Source: Candidatus Cloacimonadales bacterium
GTDB lineage: Bacteria; Cloacimonadota; Cloacimonadia; Cloacimonadales; JAIOQZ01
Length of the DNA stretch: 64,000 nt
Assembly: GCA_963662655.2 (NCBI GenBank)
Contig: CAXXTU010000002.1
Span: 160,001-224,000 of the forward strand
Reading direction: 5' to 3'
The notes under the pieces were generated by a model that did not search any database, was not told the origin of the DNA, and saw nothing but the letters and a program-made list of their open reading frames with translations. This document shows, piece by piece, positions 9,069 through 19,700 of the stretch (its first letter is position 1; the number at the start of each line of letters is the position of its first letter). A program made the translations under genes and the position numbers.

Positions 9069-10400
9069 TTATATCGTTTCCGTCGAAGAACTGATTTTGA
9101 ATCCATTTACGCGCACATGCGGCATGCTGAGCGTTTCGATGCTGAAATCCCCATAGTTGCCGGAGAACGGCACAACGGTGTTTACTTCTTCAATTCCGGT
9201 AATTCGCTGAACGATTTCGGCGATACGCTGCGTATAGCGAAGATTGTTCACCACGCGGGTAATCTTCCCGTCTTCGATGAGGAAGGTTCCGTCGCGGGTC
9301 AGGCCGGTAACGGACGTTTCCTTCGGATTGATGAAGTTCATGTAGTGCAGGCTGGATATATACAGTCCGCGCTTGATGGGTTTGATCAACTCCGCCAGAG
9401 TATTGTCACCGGGTTCCAGCACAATGCAGGATCCGCCGGCGCCGTTCTTCTCCATCTCGAGCTTGCGTCCGTAATAGTTATCGACAAAGAAGTTCTTGAA
9501 CACGCCTTTCTCGATCAACGTGACCGGATTGTAGATGTGCCCGTCGTGATTGTAGCCGTAACGGATGATGCCCGGCCAGGTTGGATCGTCGCGAAGCGTG
9601 ATGGATTCCGGGAATAGCTGTTCGCCGACTTTTCCCTCGAAGAACGAGCGTTTCATGTCGAGCGCTCCTGCGGACATGCCGAAGGACAGGTAGGAGATCA
9701 ATTCGCCGATTACGCGCGGGGCCATGACGACTTCGTATTCGCCCGGATCCACGTCGACAATCTCGTTTCCCGCCGCCTGAACCTTCATCACCATTTCTTT
9801 GATGAACTTGTCCTGATCGAACAGCGAGAAGTCCTCTCCGCCAAACGACTGAAGGACAGTCACTTCGTTCTTGTCGGAAACGGCCTTCAGTTCCAGCATG
9901 ATAGGGCTGAGGATCGAGTGTTTGTCCAGCCCGTTGCTGTTGATGATGAACATCTCTTCGTAGTTGCAGATGAAGGTACCGTATATACGGAATCCGTACG
10001 GCTCTACCGCTTGTGAAATCGCTTCGAGGATATCGATTTTTCTATCCAGCGGAAGCGTTTCGATATTGCTGGGCTTATCCGTTTCTGCGACCTTGTCCAG
10101 GTTGTCTTCGATGTCCTTGAAGTCGTGATCCGGCGGAAGCTTGTCGATGATCTGGATTGCGTCATCGATGTTCTGTCTGATCTTGCGAAGGTCTGGATCG
10201 GCGATGCTGACCGTGTACGATTTTTGACCTTTGTGGATCACGCATGCCAGGTTGCTGATTTGGTTGGAAATGTTGTAGTTGATCTGGCTTCTGAAAAAGC
10301 GCAGAAAATCGGTCTGCCAGATTCGGTATTCGAAATCGAATTTCAAATCCGGGTAGTCTTGAATCGTCTTCAGGAGGTTGTCCCTGATCAGTTCTTTCAT
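9069..10400 (-). CDS. pmbA: TldE/PmbA family protein (non-catalytic partner)
   Basis: 'DPGEYEVVMAP', 'TGLTRDGTFLIEDGKI...NNLRY'; lacks HExxxH; adjacent to tldD. ATG at 10400 preferred over GTG at 10406. Confidence 0.85.
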   Translation of the reverse strand: MKELIRDNLLKTIQDYPDLKFDFEYRIWQTDFLRFFRSQINYNISNQISNLACVIHKGQKSYTVSIADPDLRKIRQNIDDAIQIIDKLPPDHDFKDIEDNLDKVAETDKPSNIETLPLDRKIDILEAISQAVEPYGFRIYGTFICNYEEMFIINSNGLDKHSILSPIMLELKAVSDKNEVTVLQSFGGEDFSLFDQDKFIKEMVMKVQAAGNEIVDVDPGEYEVVMAPRVIGELISYLSFGMSAGALDMKRSFFEGKVGEQLFPESITLRDDPTWPGIIRYGYNHDGHIYNPVTLIEKGVFKNFFVDNYYGRKLEMEKNGAGGSCIVLEPGDNTLAELIKPIKRGLYISSLHYMNFINPKETSVTGLTRDGTFLIEDGKITRVVNNLRYTQRIAEIVQRITGIEEVNTVVPFSGNYGDFSIETLSMPHVRVNGFKISSSTETI

Positions 10401-10422
10401 AGTCACCTCATCCTTTATTTGA

Positions 10423-13400
10423 TTATCTGATTAATAACATTTTCTTGATTACACTTTTGTTTCCCGTGATGACCCGGGCGAAATACACACCAGAGCGAAC
10501 AGTCTTTCCGCTATAGTCCTTGCCGTCCCAAACGATGCTGCGCGACCCCTGGATTTTCTCTGAGGATACCAACTGCCGCACCTTTTGGCCTTTAATGTTG
10601 TACAGCGCGATTTCGACCTCGACCGGCTCCGGCAGGTTCAGGCGGATTCCGCCGTTGCGAAGTCCAGGTGTGAACGGATTTGCCAGAAGGCTCACCGAGT
10701 GGCTCGATACTGGTTCCGGTTGATCTTCGATCGACTGGTAGGTGTAGTACATGGTTACCGGAATGATTACCGAATATCCATACGCCGAATTGCTCTGAAT
10801 CTCGATGAAAGACTCGTACAGACCATCCTGAAAATCCTCCGGCGCGAAGGTCAATTCGACATCCATTTGATCGTGGGCGGGGATTTCCGAAGAAATCGGG
10901 TTGCAGCCCATCCATGAAAGCATGGGCGATCCGGCGATATCGAATGAGACGTCGCCGCTGACAGAACCTGTTTCACCGGTCACGACATCCATTGTGCCGG
11001 TGGTGTTGTCTAGCGGGAAATACGCGATCAGGTTCGGCTGAGCGTCTGGATTGATATGAAAACTCATTTCCATGATTTGAGTGTCCAATAGAGCTTCCGA
11101 GAAGAAAGCCAGGCCGTCCAGAAATCCGTTGAACTCGTATGCGCCTCCAATTGTACTGCCGACGTAGAACGTCTCATCGTTGTACCGAACAGGGGGTTCG
11201 AAGTCGTCTTCGGCAACCATGATGCCGTTGATGAACGATCTCATCCCGTCTTCCGACACGGTAACCGCGAAATGATACCATTGGTCCGGCTCAAGGGAAT
11301 AAGCAAGGTTACGGTTGAAGTTGCTTCCGTCTTGATTCAGAACGGAGTAGTTGATCGCGTTCATATTGGGAATGGCGAGCTGGAAGCATCTCGAAACGAA
11401 GCTGTCGCCCTTGAACAGGAGATAACCCGGTGTGCAACCTTCGGGGATGCGGAACCAGGTCATGAAGGTCATTTCATTCAGGTTGTTGAACGCGTCCGAG
11501 GTTGGAAGTGTCACGTATGAATCCGGGTTCGTAAGGTCCGCAGCCTGATTGCTGTAGTTCACGATATCGAATTCCAGCGCTTCTCCGCCTACGTTTTCAA
11601 GCGTCAGGGGAATCTGCATCTGATCCGGTTCATCGATCTGCGTATATACGGAATCAACTTCCGTGATCATTTTGGGAAGACGTACCACCGGTATCGCGTA
11701 TCCTTCGCTGTATTCGCCTGCTTCATTGACGATCGACACGCCGATCACGACTTCCTGCATGTTCTCGCACTGCGCTGAAAGCGTTCCTGTCAGCTCGTGC
11801 GAACCGGTTTGCCCAGCTTCTATGCCCGAGACGTTGAACGACTCCTCGCTGAGCTCGATAAAGTTATCCGGCGAGAGGCTGACGGTAACCGGGTCGCTTT
11901 GAACGGTTCCGGCATTGCGGAAATGGATCGTGATACCGATTTCCTCACCCGCGTCACACTCACCGTCCTGGTTCCCGTTGGCGTCGGCAACGGAAAGGCT
12001 ATCGACCAGAATGAATCCGGACGAGGGCGGGACGATATCGATTTCGCTTCGATAGACGAGGAAGTCCCGTTTATCGACGGTCAGAACGGCGATGCCGGGG
12101 ATTTCGAGCGGAACATCGAGAACGAGGTTGAATGTGTTTGATTCAACCTCAGTTCTGGCAAGGATTTCTCCGTTGAACGAGAGTGTCGCGATCGCACCTG
12201 TTTCGGATACGGTTATCGGGAACTGTGTGGTAGACAGTTCGAGACTTGCGGGATGCTCAACGGTGATTTCCGTTGGCTGCCGACGCCATATCCTCAGAGT
12301 TGGATCACCGAAGTTATGGAAGATTGCGAAAGTGTATTCGGAATAGAGTCCCTGATCCCAATGATCTTCCATTGCGATCAGCCCGGAGAGCATCGCGATG
12401 CTTGAATGTCCGCCGGATTCCATGTTGGAATAATCCGGCATGAAATTTTCCCACATCGAATCGAAGTAGCCGCGCACGAACATGTCGTTGTAACCGCTCA
12501 GGGATGTCCGGCTCGCGCCGAACGCGCCCACGGCGCCGCCATCCTCGTGGCGGATGAACTCCTCGCAGAACGATTCGAAGCATTTATTCTGATCCTGATC
12601 CGTTTCTCCGTCAAACCAGCCTGTCTGGCAATTGATGCTGAAGACGAAGGGAAGCAGGTCTCCGTTGGAAAGCGATTCGATATCATCGGTGTCGTAGTGT
12701 GGGTCGCCCCAGCCATCGAAGGAGGGATCGCTGCCGTCATCGTAGGTGTAATTTCTGGAAATGCCGTGATCCCTGTGATTGAGGATGAAGGTTCCGGACT
12801 GGATAGCGGCGCTGATATCGCCGTCTTCGCCATCCCAGCCGAAGCCGTTTTCGCGGAGCAGCTCATTGGGGATCGGTTCGCCGTTCGCGTAGCTTCCGCT
12901 GTTGTAGTTGGTGGGATTTCTATCATCGGGCGTGTAATAAATGCGCTCGACATCGTAACCTTCGTCGAGTAGCCAGTCGCGGATTTCTTCCGACGTTTTG
13001 ACAAAGCGGCGGTCTTCGTAACCGTCCATGTAGTTGTAATCGTCGGCATTGTCCTGGAAGTAACCGGCCACGGTCGCGTGCTGGTAGAACGAGGTCTGTT
13101 CAGGCGGATTCGATTCGTAATGGATGATCTTCTGGACAACAAGCATCGCTTGATTGTCGTCATCGACCGAGATTCTTCCGGAGGCTATATCGGGATAGTA
13201 ATCCCAGTATCCGTCCATGCAGAGGTAGGGTAGATCGGTTCCGACCGAGCCGGAGCTGATCGCGCTCGCCAGGTAGTCGCAGGGGACGATATCGGAATCG
13301 CCCAGGAAGATCACGAATGACGGCGGGATATCCCAGTCTTCATAAGCTTGATCGAGGTAGTCCGAGATGTCGTCCGCGTCGTTGCCGATCGTTTCAACGT

Positions 13401-14193
13401 ACGCTATTTCGGTGATGAAACCTGTTTCCTGTTTCCATTCCTGCAAGGCCTCGGCTGCATTCTGCATCTCTTCCGATGTGATGATGACCAGGTCGGCTCC
13501 TATGTCGCGGAGATTCCGTGATGGATTCGCCGGTGTCAGTTGCTCTTTATTGAGTATTCGCTGACGATAGAGGGAATCGAACCAGCGGCTGTGAAGCCTT
13601 TCATCATACAGGCTTCCTGCGGAATATGTTATCGTGATATCGCAAGATTCGATAATCGTAAGTTCATGAGTTGATGCATCCCACGAGACGGGGGCGAAGC
13701 GTACCAAAGCCAGCTCGACGCCGCGGACAATCCCGCGATCCTGTTCCAGGATAGGCTTCTCCGGGTAGCGGCTACCCCGCTGATAATAATCTGCGTTGTA
13801 TGAGAATGGCGGTGTTTTTGCACCGACTTCATCCAGTGCCGGCGGCTGTGCCGGGAACGGGAAAATGTCGCTGATCGTCGTTCGCTTCACGTTTGACATC
13901 GAGATCGATACCGAAGCGTTCCGGGGCACTGCGATCCTCTTCCCGAACTGGGGCAACGCAGGGTAGCCGGTTTGCGTCAGGTTGTTCCAGTCTCCGATGG
14001 AGAGCGTATTGAACTGCGTTCCGTTCACGGATGTTTTCCCGATATTGATTTCATTGATTTCAAGCCGTAAATCCAGTCTCCCCGGGGAGTCGGAGATTAC
14101 GGTGAGTCCCGTTTGCTCTGGCTGTAAATTAATGGTTTGTGCGCACAACATCGTTACGACCATTAATGCGAGTAAGAATCCTGCTCTTTTCAT
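10423..14193 (-). CDS. Gingipain-like C25 cysteine peptidase with propeptide, Ig/CARDB-like and LamG domains and a FlgD-Ig/T9SS-like C-terminal domain
   Basis: Signal peptide MKRAGFLL (start 14193); propeptide 'GYPALP'; 'FVIFLGD', 'ASGRIS', catalytic-type 'ILNHRDHG' and 'SINCQTG', 'FGDPTL'; LamG 'QWYHFAVT'; tail 'YNIKGQKVR...WDGKD...SGVYF...KKMLLIR'. Confidence 0.88.
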   Translation of the reverse strand: MKRAGFLLALMVVTMLCAQTINLQPEQTGLTVISDSPGRLDLRLEINEINIGKTSVNGTQFNTLSIGDWNNLTQTGYPALPQFGKRIAVPRNASVSISMSNVKRTTISDIFPFPAQPPALDEVGAKTPPFSYNADYYQRGSRYPEKPILEQDRGIVRGVELALVRFAPVSWDASTHELTIIESCDITITYSAGSLYDERLHSRWFDSLYRQRILNKEQLTPANPSRNLRDIGADLVIITSEEMQNAAEALQEWKQETGFITEIAYVETIGNDADDISDYLDQAYEDWDIPPSFVIFLGDSDIVPCDYLASAISSGSVGTDLPYLCMDGYWDYYPDIASGRISVDDDNQAMLVVQKIIHYESNPPEQTSFYQHATVAGYFQDNADDYNYMDGYEDRRFVKTSEEIRDWLLDEGYDVERIYYTPDDRNPTNYNSGSYANGEPIPNELLRENGFGWDGEDGDISAAIQSGTFILNHRDHGISRNYTYDDGSDPSFDGWGDPHYDTDDIESLSNGDLLPFVFSINCQTGWFDGETDQDQNKCFESFCEEFIRHEDGGAVGAFGASRTSLSGYNDMFVRGYFDSMWENFMPDYSNMESGGHSSIAMLSGLIAMEDHWDQGLYSEYTFAIFHNFGDPTLRIWRRQPTEITVEHPASLELSTTQFPITVSETGAIATLSFNGEILARTEVESNTFNLVLDVPLEIPGIAVLTVDKRDFLVYRSEIDIVPPSSGFILVDSLSVADANGNQDGECDAGEEIGITIHFRNAGTVQSDPVTVSLSPDNFIELSEESFNVSGIEAGQTGSHELTGTLSAQCENMQEVVIGVSIVNEAGEYSEGYAIPVVRLPKMITEVDSVYTQIDEPDQMQIPLTLENVGGEALEFDIVNYSNQAADLTNPDSYVTLPTSDAFNNLNEMTFMTWFRIPEGCTPGYLLFKGDSFVSRCFQLAIPNMNAINYSVLNQDGSNFNRNLAYSLEPDQWYHFAVTVSEDGMRSFINGIMVAEDDFEPPVRYNDETFYVGSTIGGAYEFNGFLDGLAFFSEALLDTQIMEMSFHINPDAQPNLIAYFPLDNTTGTMDVVTGETGSVSGDVSFDIAGSPMLSWMGCNPISSEIPAHDQMDVELTFAPEDFQDGLYESFIEIQSNSAYGYSVIIPVTMYYTYQSIEDQPEPVSSHSVSLLANPFTPGLRNGGIRLNLPEPVEVEIALYNIKGQKVRQLVSSEKIQGSRSIVWDGKDYSGKTVRSGVYFARVITGNKSVIKKMLLIR

Positions 14194-14418
14194 TTCTTTC
14201 CTCGTACGTTCAATTGATTTGATTGTCATTATACATACCGATATCTAAATTTGCAAGAAGTATTCCGATTCGGGTTGAATTTTCCTGATTTCGCTGATAA
14301 CAACACGTATCTCGTGAAAGAGAAGTGAAAAGAGATTTCTCTGCGTGATACGCGATGTTCGATAACGGGCAAAATGGCGCGGTGAAGAGACAGAGAAATG
14401 GAGATCGTGCACAGCTCA

Positions 14419-14573
14419 GCGCGGGGGGCGGCGGGTGTGCTTCGCACACAATTCTCTCATGATGTCGGGCATCGTCCGACATCATGAGAGAATCCGGAAG
14501 CCCGTTGTTTTCCCGCACGTATTCCTGATGAATATGTGCGCGATTTTCCGGGCTTCCGCCGCCGCCCCCGCGC
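14419..14573. repeat. Four-way-junction structured element, family J copy A
   Basis: GC-rich closing stem 14419-14434/14559-14573 encloses three hairpins: GTGTGC-TTC-GCACAC, an 18-bp perfect stem 14451-14468/14476-14493, and CGGAAGCCCG...CGGGCTTCCG. Same layout as 24660-24773 in inverted orientation. Confidence 0.75.
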
Positions 14574-14710
14574 GTGAGGGCCCCGCCATTCGACGAATGT
14601 ACCACCTCCAGTTAGTCGCTTCGGACAGGGGGAATGAGAAATTCAACTTGACGCGTATCTTGAAGCGTGAATTATCTTTCACGAACAAACACAGAAAAGA
14701 AAGGTCTGAG

Positions 14711-15439
14711 ATGCAGAAGAGATTGAAGTTGTTCCTTATACGTAAGTTCAAGGGTATTATTTACCGCGTAGAGATACACCGGTTTGTCGGACTTCTCGAG
14801 AAACCGCTTCTAACCATGTCATACTTGATAAAGGCATCGCGCTGGATCGCTGCAAACAAGGATGTTCCGCTCAACGATTTCTATACTCCTGTGAGGGATT
14901 ACAATAAACGCTACAGAGCTTACAAGTATCTGTTCGAAATGGAAAAACTCGATCTCCCTGTCGATTACCTTGAGTTTGGCGTGTTTGGCGGAAAGTCATT
15001 TCAGTGGTGGGCGAGCGCCAACAAGCATCCCGAATCGAGATTCGTTGGCTTCGATACCTTCTCCGGGCTTCCGGAAGACTGGGACATGTTCAAGAAGGGG
15101 GATATGTCCGTCGACGGGAATGTCCCGCAGATGGATGATGCGAGATGCAGCTTCGAAGCTGGGCTCTTTCAAGATACCCTGCCCGGATTTCTGTATAAGT
15201 TCGAACGAAGAAGCAGACTTGTGATCCACATGGATGCCGACCTCTATTCATCGACCCTGTACGTGCTTACCTCTCTGGCTCCAATCTTGAGAAAGGGCGA
15301 TATCATCCTGTTTGACGAATTCAACATTCCACTGCACGAGTTCAGGGCCTTTACGGATTTCGTCGAGTCGTACTACATAAAGACGAAGTTATTGACGGCT
15401 GTCAACAACTACTACCAGGTCAGCATGAAGATCATGTAG
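14711..15439 (+). CDS. TylF/MycF-like class I SAM-dependent methyltransferase
   Basis: 'YLEFGVFGGKS', 'GFDTFSGLPEDW', 'GLFQDTL', 'IHMDADLYSST' and 'ILFDEF'. Start at 14711 preferred because the ORF-track extension runs through the structured element. Confidence 0.85.
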   Translation: MQKRLKLFLIRKFKGIIYRVEIHRFVGLLEKPLLTMSYLIKASRWIAANKDVPLNDFYTPVRDYNKRYRAYKYLFEMEKLDLPVDYLEFGVFGGKSFQWWASANKHPESRFVGFDTFSGLPEDWDMFKKGDMSVDGNVPQMDDARCSFEAGLFQDTLPGFLYKFERRSRLVIHMDADLYSSTLYVLTSLAPILRKGDIILFDEFNIPLHEFRAFTDFVESYYIKTKLLTAVNNYYQVSMKIM

Positions 15440-15585
15440 TGAATCGTTGTGGATAAACTGAGCCTGAAGGAACAACCCGTAAATCATGGATTCCCTGCAA
15501 GTAAAAAAAGAGCGCTTGCTCACAAATCGGAATGCTTTTTGCACTTTGTGATAACAAATAAAAAAATACTTCCCGGAGGATTTGT

Positions 15586-16662
15586 ATGTCATTGAAACAT
15601 TTGATTCTAGTAATCGTCGCAACTTTCATCCTTTTCGGCTGTGCCGAGAAGAAAGACCCTGTATCACCAGATGAACAGAAAGAAATCTTCGAAATAGTGG
15701 ATAACATCACGGTAACGGGCGATCCCAAAACGATCGACGTCACTGAAAGTCGTATTTATGTAGCGGAAGACCAAAACGGTTTTTCGATTTATAACCGCGA
15801 AACCCTCGATCAAATTGTCAATTGTGGAATAATCAACAGCATTTCCTTGCAAGGTGTCGGGTTGATCAAACCTCTGGAATCCTATGGATTGGTATTTGTC
15901 TACAACGCTGGAGCTTCGAAAGAGATCATCATGATCGATATGTCGAATCCCGATTCACTCGGTTATGTCACGACCTTCCTGGGGGGGACATACTCTATTA
16001 AGACTTTATACGCGATGGAAAATCCCTACGAGGTTTCGGACAACAACCCGTTCAACGTTCCCGTCTCGGAATGCGAGTTGTCGGTCTTATGGACGAACGG
16101 AAATGAATTGAAATACGGTTTCATCGATGCAAATTACGGCGGTCAGCCCGACACATATGTCTGGCAGGGAGCGGTCCCTTATATATTCACCGGAGATCTG
16201 AATAACTTCGCGATGGATGACGATTATTTCTACGTTACCGCAGAGCAGGTGGGACTTTACATCGTGAATCGCGCTACGGGTGATCAGATTGGCTGGTGCG
16301 ATACGCCCGGCGAAGCCATGGACGTGGTTCTCCACGGAGATTATGCTTACGCAGCCGACCGGCAGAACGGCGTCCAGGTTATCGATATCTCCGATGTTAC
16401 TCAGCCCGACTTGCTTGAAGGCGCTGGTTTTGATCCTTCTTACGGGTATGCCTATTCGGTGGATGTAATGGGCGATTATCTGCTGGCAGCGATCGGTGGC
16501 GGCGGCCTCTATATCTTTGATATCACCGATCCGGCAGCTCCCGAGTTTGCGCAACGCATCACATCGTCTGAGATCGGATACTGCCGCGAAGTCAAGGTGT
16601 TTGACGACAAAGCCTATGTTGTTTCGAGGGACAACGGTATTGTAATACTTGAAATGAATTAA
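15586..16662 (+). CDS. Lipoprotein with LVIVD repeats (beta-propeller)
   Basis: Lipobox 'ILFGC'; repeats such as 'GDYAYAADRQNGVQVIDISD' and 'GGLYIFDITDP'. Confidence 0.8.
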   Translation: MSLKHLILVIVATFILFGCAEKKDPVSPDEQKEIFEIVDNITVTGDPKTIDVTESRIYVAEDQNGFSIYNRETLDQIVNCGIINSISLQGVGLIKPLESYGLVFVYNAGASKEIIMIDMSNPDSLGYVTTFLGGTYSIKTLYAMENPYEVSDNNPFNVPVSECELSVLWTNGNELKYGFIDANYGGQPDTYVWQGAVPYIFTGDLNNFAMDDDYFYVTAEQVGLYIVNRATGDQIGWCDTPGEAMDVVLHGDYAYAADRQNGVQVIDISDVTQPDLLEGAGFDPSYGYAYSVDVMGDYLLAAIGGGGLYIFDITDPAAPEFAQRITSSEIGYCREVKVFDDKAYVVSRDNGIVILEMN

Positions 16663-16704
16663 GAGAGAAACGAACCCTTATTAATGCAGAAACTGGAGTT
16701 GATT

Positions 16705-19700
16705 ATGAACAAGAAGTATCTCATCTTGCTTTTGATCATGGCAATCGTAGTGACAGCTTTCGCTGCACCGCGAATAATTGACGGACAACAAACAGATAAA
16801 GTGTTCATGTCAAAAAGCGCTGATGACGCTGGAACGATTCTTGAATTCAGTTTACCTGAGATGGTAATGAATGACGTAGAAGTTGAGGGGCAAACTTACC
16901 AACGATTTGATTTCGAAAACGCCGGTTTCACCATTGAAGCCGGATATCCTGAGTTACCAACATTCAATACATTTGTCGCAATCTCCGAGCGGGGAAATGT
17001 GTCGGTTGAGATGACTGTTTTACAAGAAGACGTCTACGAAAACGTCAATATCTATCCCGCACAGGGTGTACGCCTCGACGGCATGGATCCGCCGTTTTCG
17101 ATCAACACGAACTATTACAGCGGTAAGAAACAGTGGTCTCAGAAGGCTGTCGCAATCAGCGAACCGATGATTCTCCGCGATTTTCGAGTTGCGAGCTTAA
17201 CCGTGAATCCCATGGAATACAATCCGGTTACGAAGAGGCTACGCGTTCTCAGAGAAGTTGAAGTGCAGGTTCGAAACGAAGGTGGAACCGGGCAGAACGA
17301 ATTGATCGGGGCCCGGAAACAATCCCGAAGTTTCGAGAACATATACCGCTCGATGATAACCAACTATGAAACCCTTCGCGATGAGGAACCGGAATACCAG
17401 CAGCGAAGCATGATCGTGATCTATCCCTTTAACAGTCAGCTTCAGCAATACATCGATAGCTTCATCGACTGGAAGCGCAACAAGGGCTTCAAGGTCATCG
17501 ACGCTCCGACCAACGAAATCGGAACCTCGACCAGCGCGATCAAGAATTACATTCAGGATCAGTACGAAACGCTCGAGGATCCACCTGAGTTTGTCGTCCT
17601 GATTGGCGATGTGGGTGGTACGATTGGCATTCCAACCTGGATTGAAAGTTTCACCACCTACGATGGAGAAGGGGATTACCCATACACACTGCTCGCAGGA
17701 AACGATTACTTACCGGAAATGTGTATCGGGCGCATCTCGGTATCAAATGTCTCCGAGTTCATGACGTATCTCACGAAAGTGAATATCTACGAACGCAACA
17801 TCAATATGGATGATACTGCATTTTACCGACGGAATCTCCTCGTCGGCGACACAACTCCTTCAGGATTGTCTTGTGTTGTCACGAACAAGTATATCAAAGA
17901 GCTGATGTTGGCATATCAGCCCGATCATACCTTTACAGAACTATACAGTGGCGATCCGTCCCCGAACGACATGAATGCGGCCATGAACAATGGTACCTTG
18001 TTTTTCAATTATCGCGGGTATGGAGGAATGAGCGGATATGATAATTACGAAATCGAGGCGTTGACCAATTACAACAAGCTTGTCAACACCGTAATACTTA
18101 CATGCGATACCGGTTCGTTCGGGAGTTTTTCCCGGACGGAAGATTTTATCCGTGTTGGGTCTCCCTCCACGCCAACGGGAGCGATAAGCTCCATTGGTCT
18201 GGCAACGATCGGAACGCATACGCGATACAACAACACAATCACTTCAGGTATTTTCGCAGGTATCTTCGAGTACGATATGAGAACGATGGGTGAAGCGCTT
18301 GTCGCTGGTGAGATGCAGATGTATCGCACGTACCAGAATGTCGATTGGACATCAACGCAGGCCTTCATTCACTGGTGTAACCAGATGGGTGACCCGACAC
18401 TGGACATCCTGACGGACATCCCGATCATACTGCATGCGGAGTATGCCGATGAAATTCCATTGGGCCAAATGTTCATTGAAGTGGAAGTTACGGATGAAAC
18501 AAACGATCCGGTTGAGGACGCATGGGTCACCGCCCGTATGGACGAGGATGCAGTTTACGCGACCGGTTATACCGATGAAAACGGTCACATCATTCTCCGC
18601 TTTAACGACTCGGTAGCTGGCGATGTAAGCCTCGTCGTAACAAAACCCAACTACAAGCCGGTTCTTGGCGGCTTCGATATCCTCAATTCGGGGTCCATCG
18701 CCTATAACGCGATGAATATCGACGACGACGCCTCCGGTGAATCTCAGGGTGATGGTGACGGTGAAGCCAACCCGGGCGAGACCATCGAACTGGTTATCAG
18801 CCTCCGGAACTTCAGCTCATCCTCGATAGCAAATGTCTCGGGTGAACTGACCACTGACGATCCTTACGTCACGATCTCGGATTCCGAAGAAGATTTCGGG
18901 ACGATAAGCGCCAACGGAACAGCCGAATGTACGGACGATTTCGACATTTACATTCACCCCGATGTGCCGGACAACCGCGAGATCGAGTTCACGCTCGATC
19001 TGGGCGTCAATGGCGTGACGAAGTTCTGGCTCCCGATTCGCGGTAACGATCTCGACATCATGTACTGGGATGTGTCGGATAACGGCAACGATGTACTCGA
19101 TACCGGGGAAACGGCTCCATTCTTCATCACTGTAAAGAACAACGGCGCTGTCAATATGGATGATGTGTGTGCAGTCTTGCGATGTCCTACGGGTCTTATC
19201 GATATTGAAGACTCGCTTGCAACATTCGGCGACATTATGATCAGCGAATCGGTGCAGTGTACTCAGGATGGTTTTATTCTGACTGGCAGGACTCAGCTGG
19301 TTACCGGTATGCAGGTTGAACTCGAACTGATGCTTTACAATGAATCGGGCTATCACGAAACGGAATATCTGACCATACCGATCGGCATTGTTACCGTCGA
19401 TGATCCGCTTGGCCCGGACGCACACGGCTATCTGTGTTACGATAGCGGCGATACCGACTATTACCAGGTTCCCTCGTACGATTGGGTCGAGATCGATCCG
19501 AATCTCGGCGGTTATGGAACGAATACTGGGATGTCGGACACCGCACAGGAAGGCGACGAGATCGTTATCATGGAATTGCCGTTCCCATTCAGCTTTTATG
19601 GCAAGAGCGAAACGATCGTCAGCATATCAACCAACGGTTGGATCACCTTTGGCGAAACGGAGCAGGTCACATTCCGTAATTTCATCATACCCGGACCGAT

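Noticed and set aside
5844..10400. RiPP/microcin cluster (ABC exporter plus TldD/E)
   Set aside because: The genes are convergent and separated by a terminator, and no precursor peptide or modifying enzyme (YcaO, radical SAM, LanM) is nearby.
14435..14710. N-terminal extension of the TylF-like ORF and the opposite-strand ORF 14210-14605
   Set aside because: Both run through the structured element and promoter region. Recognisable protein sequence begins at ATG 14711.
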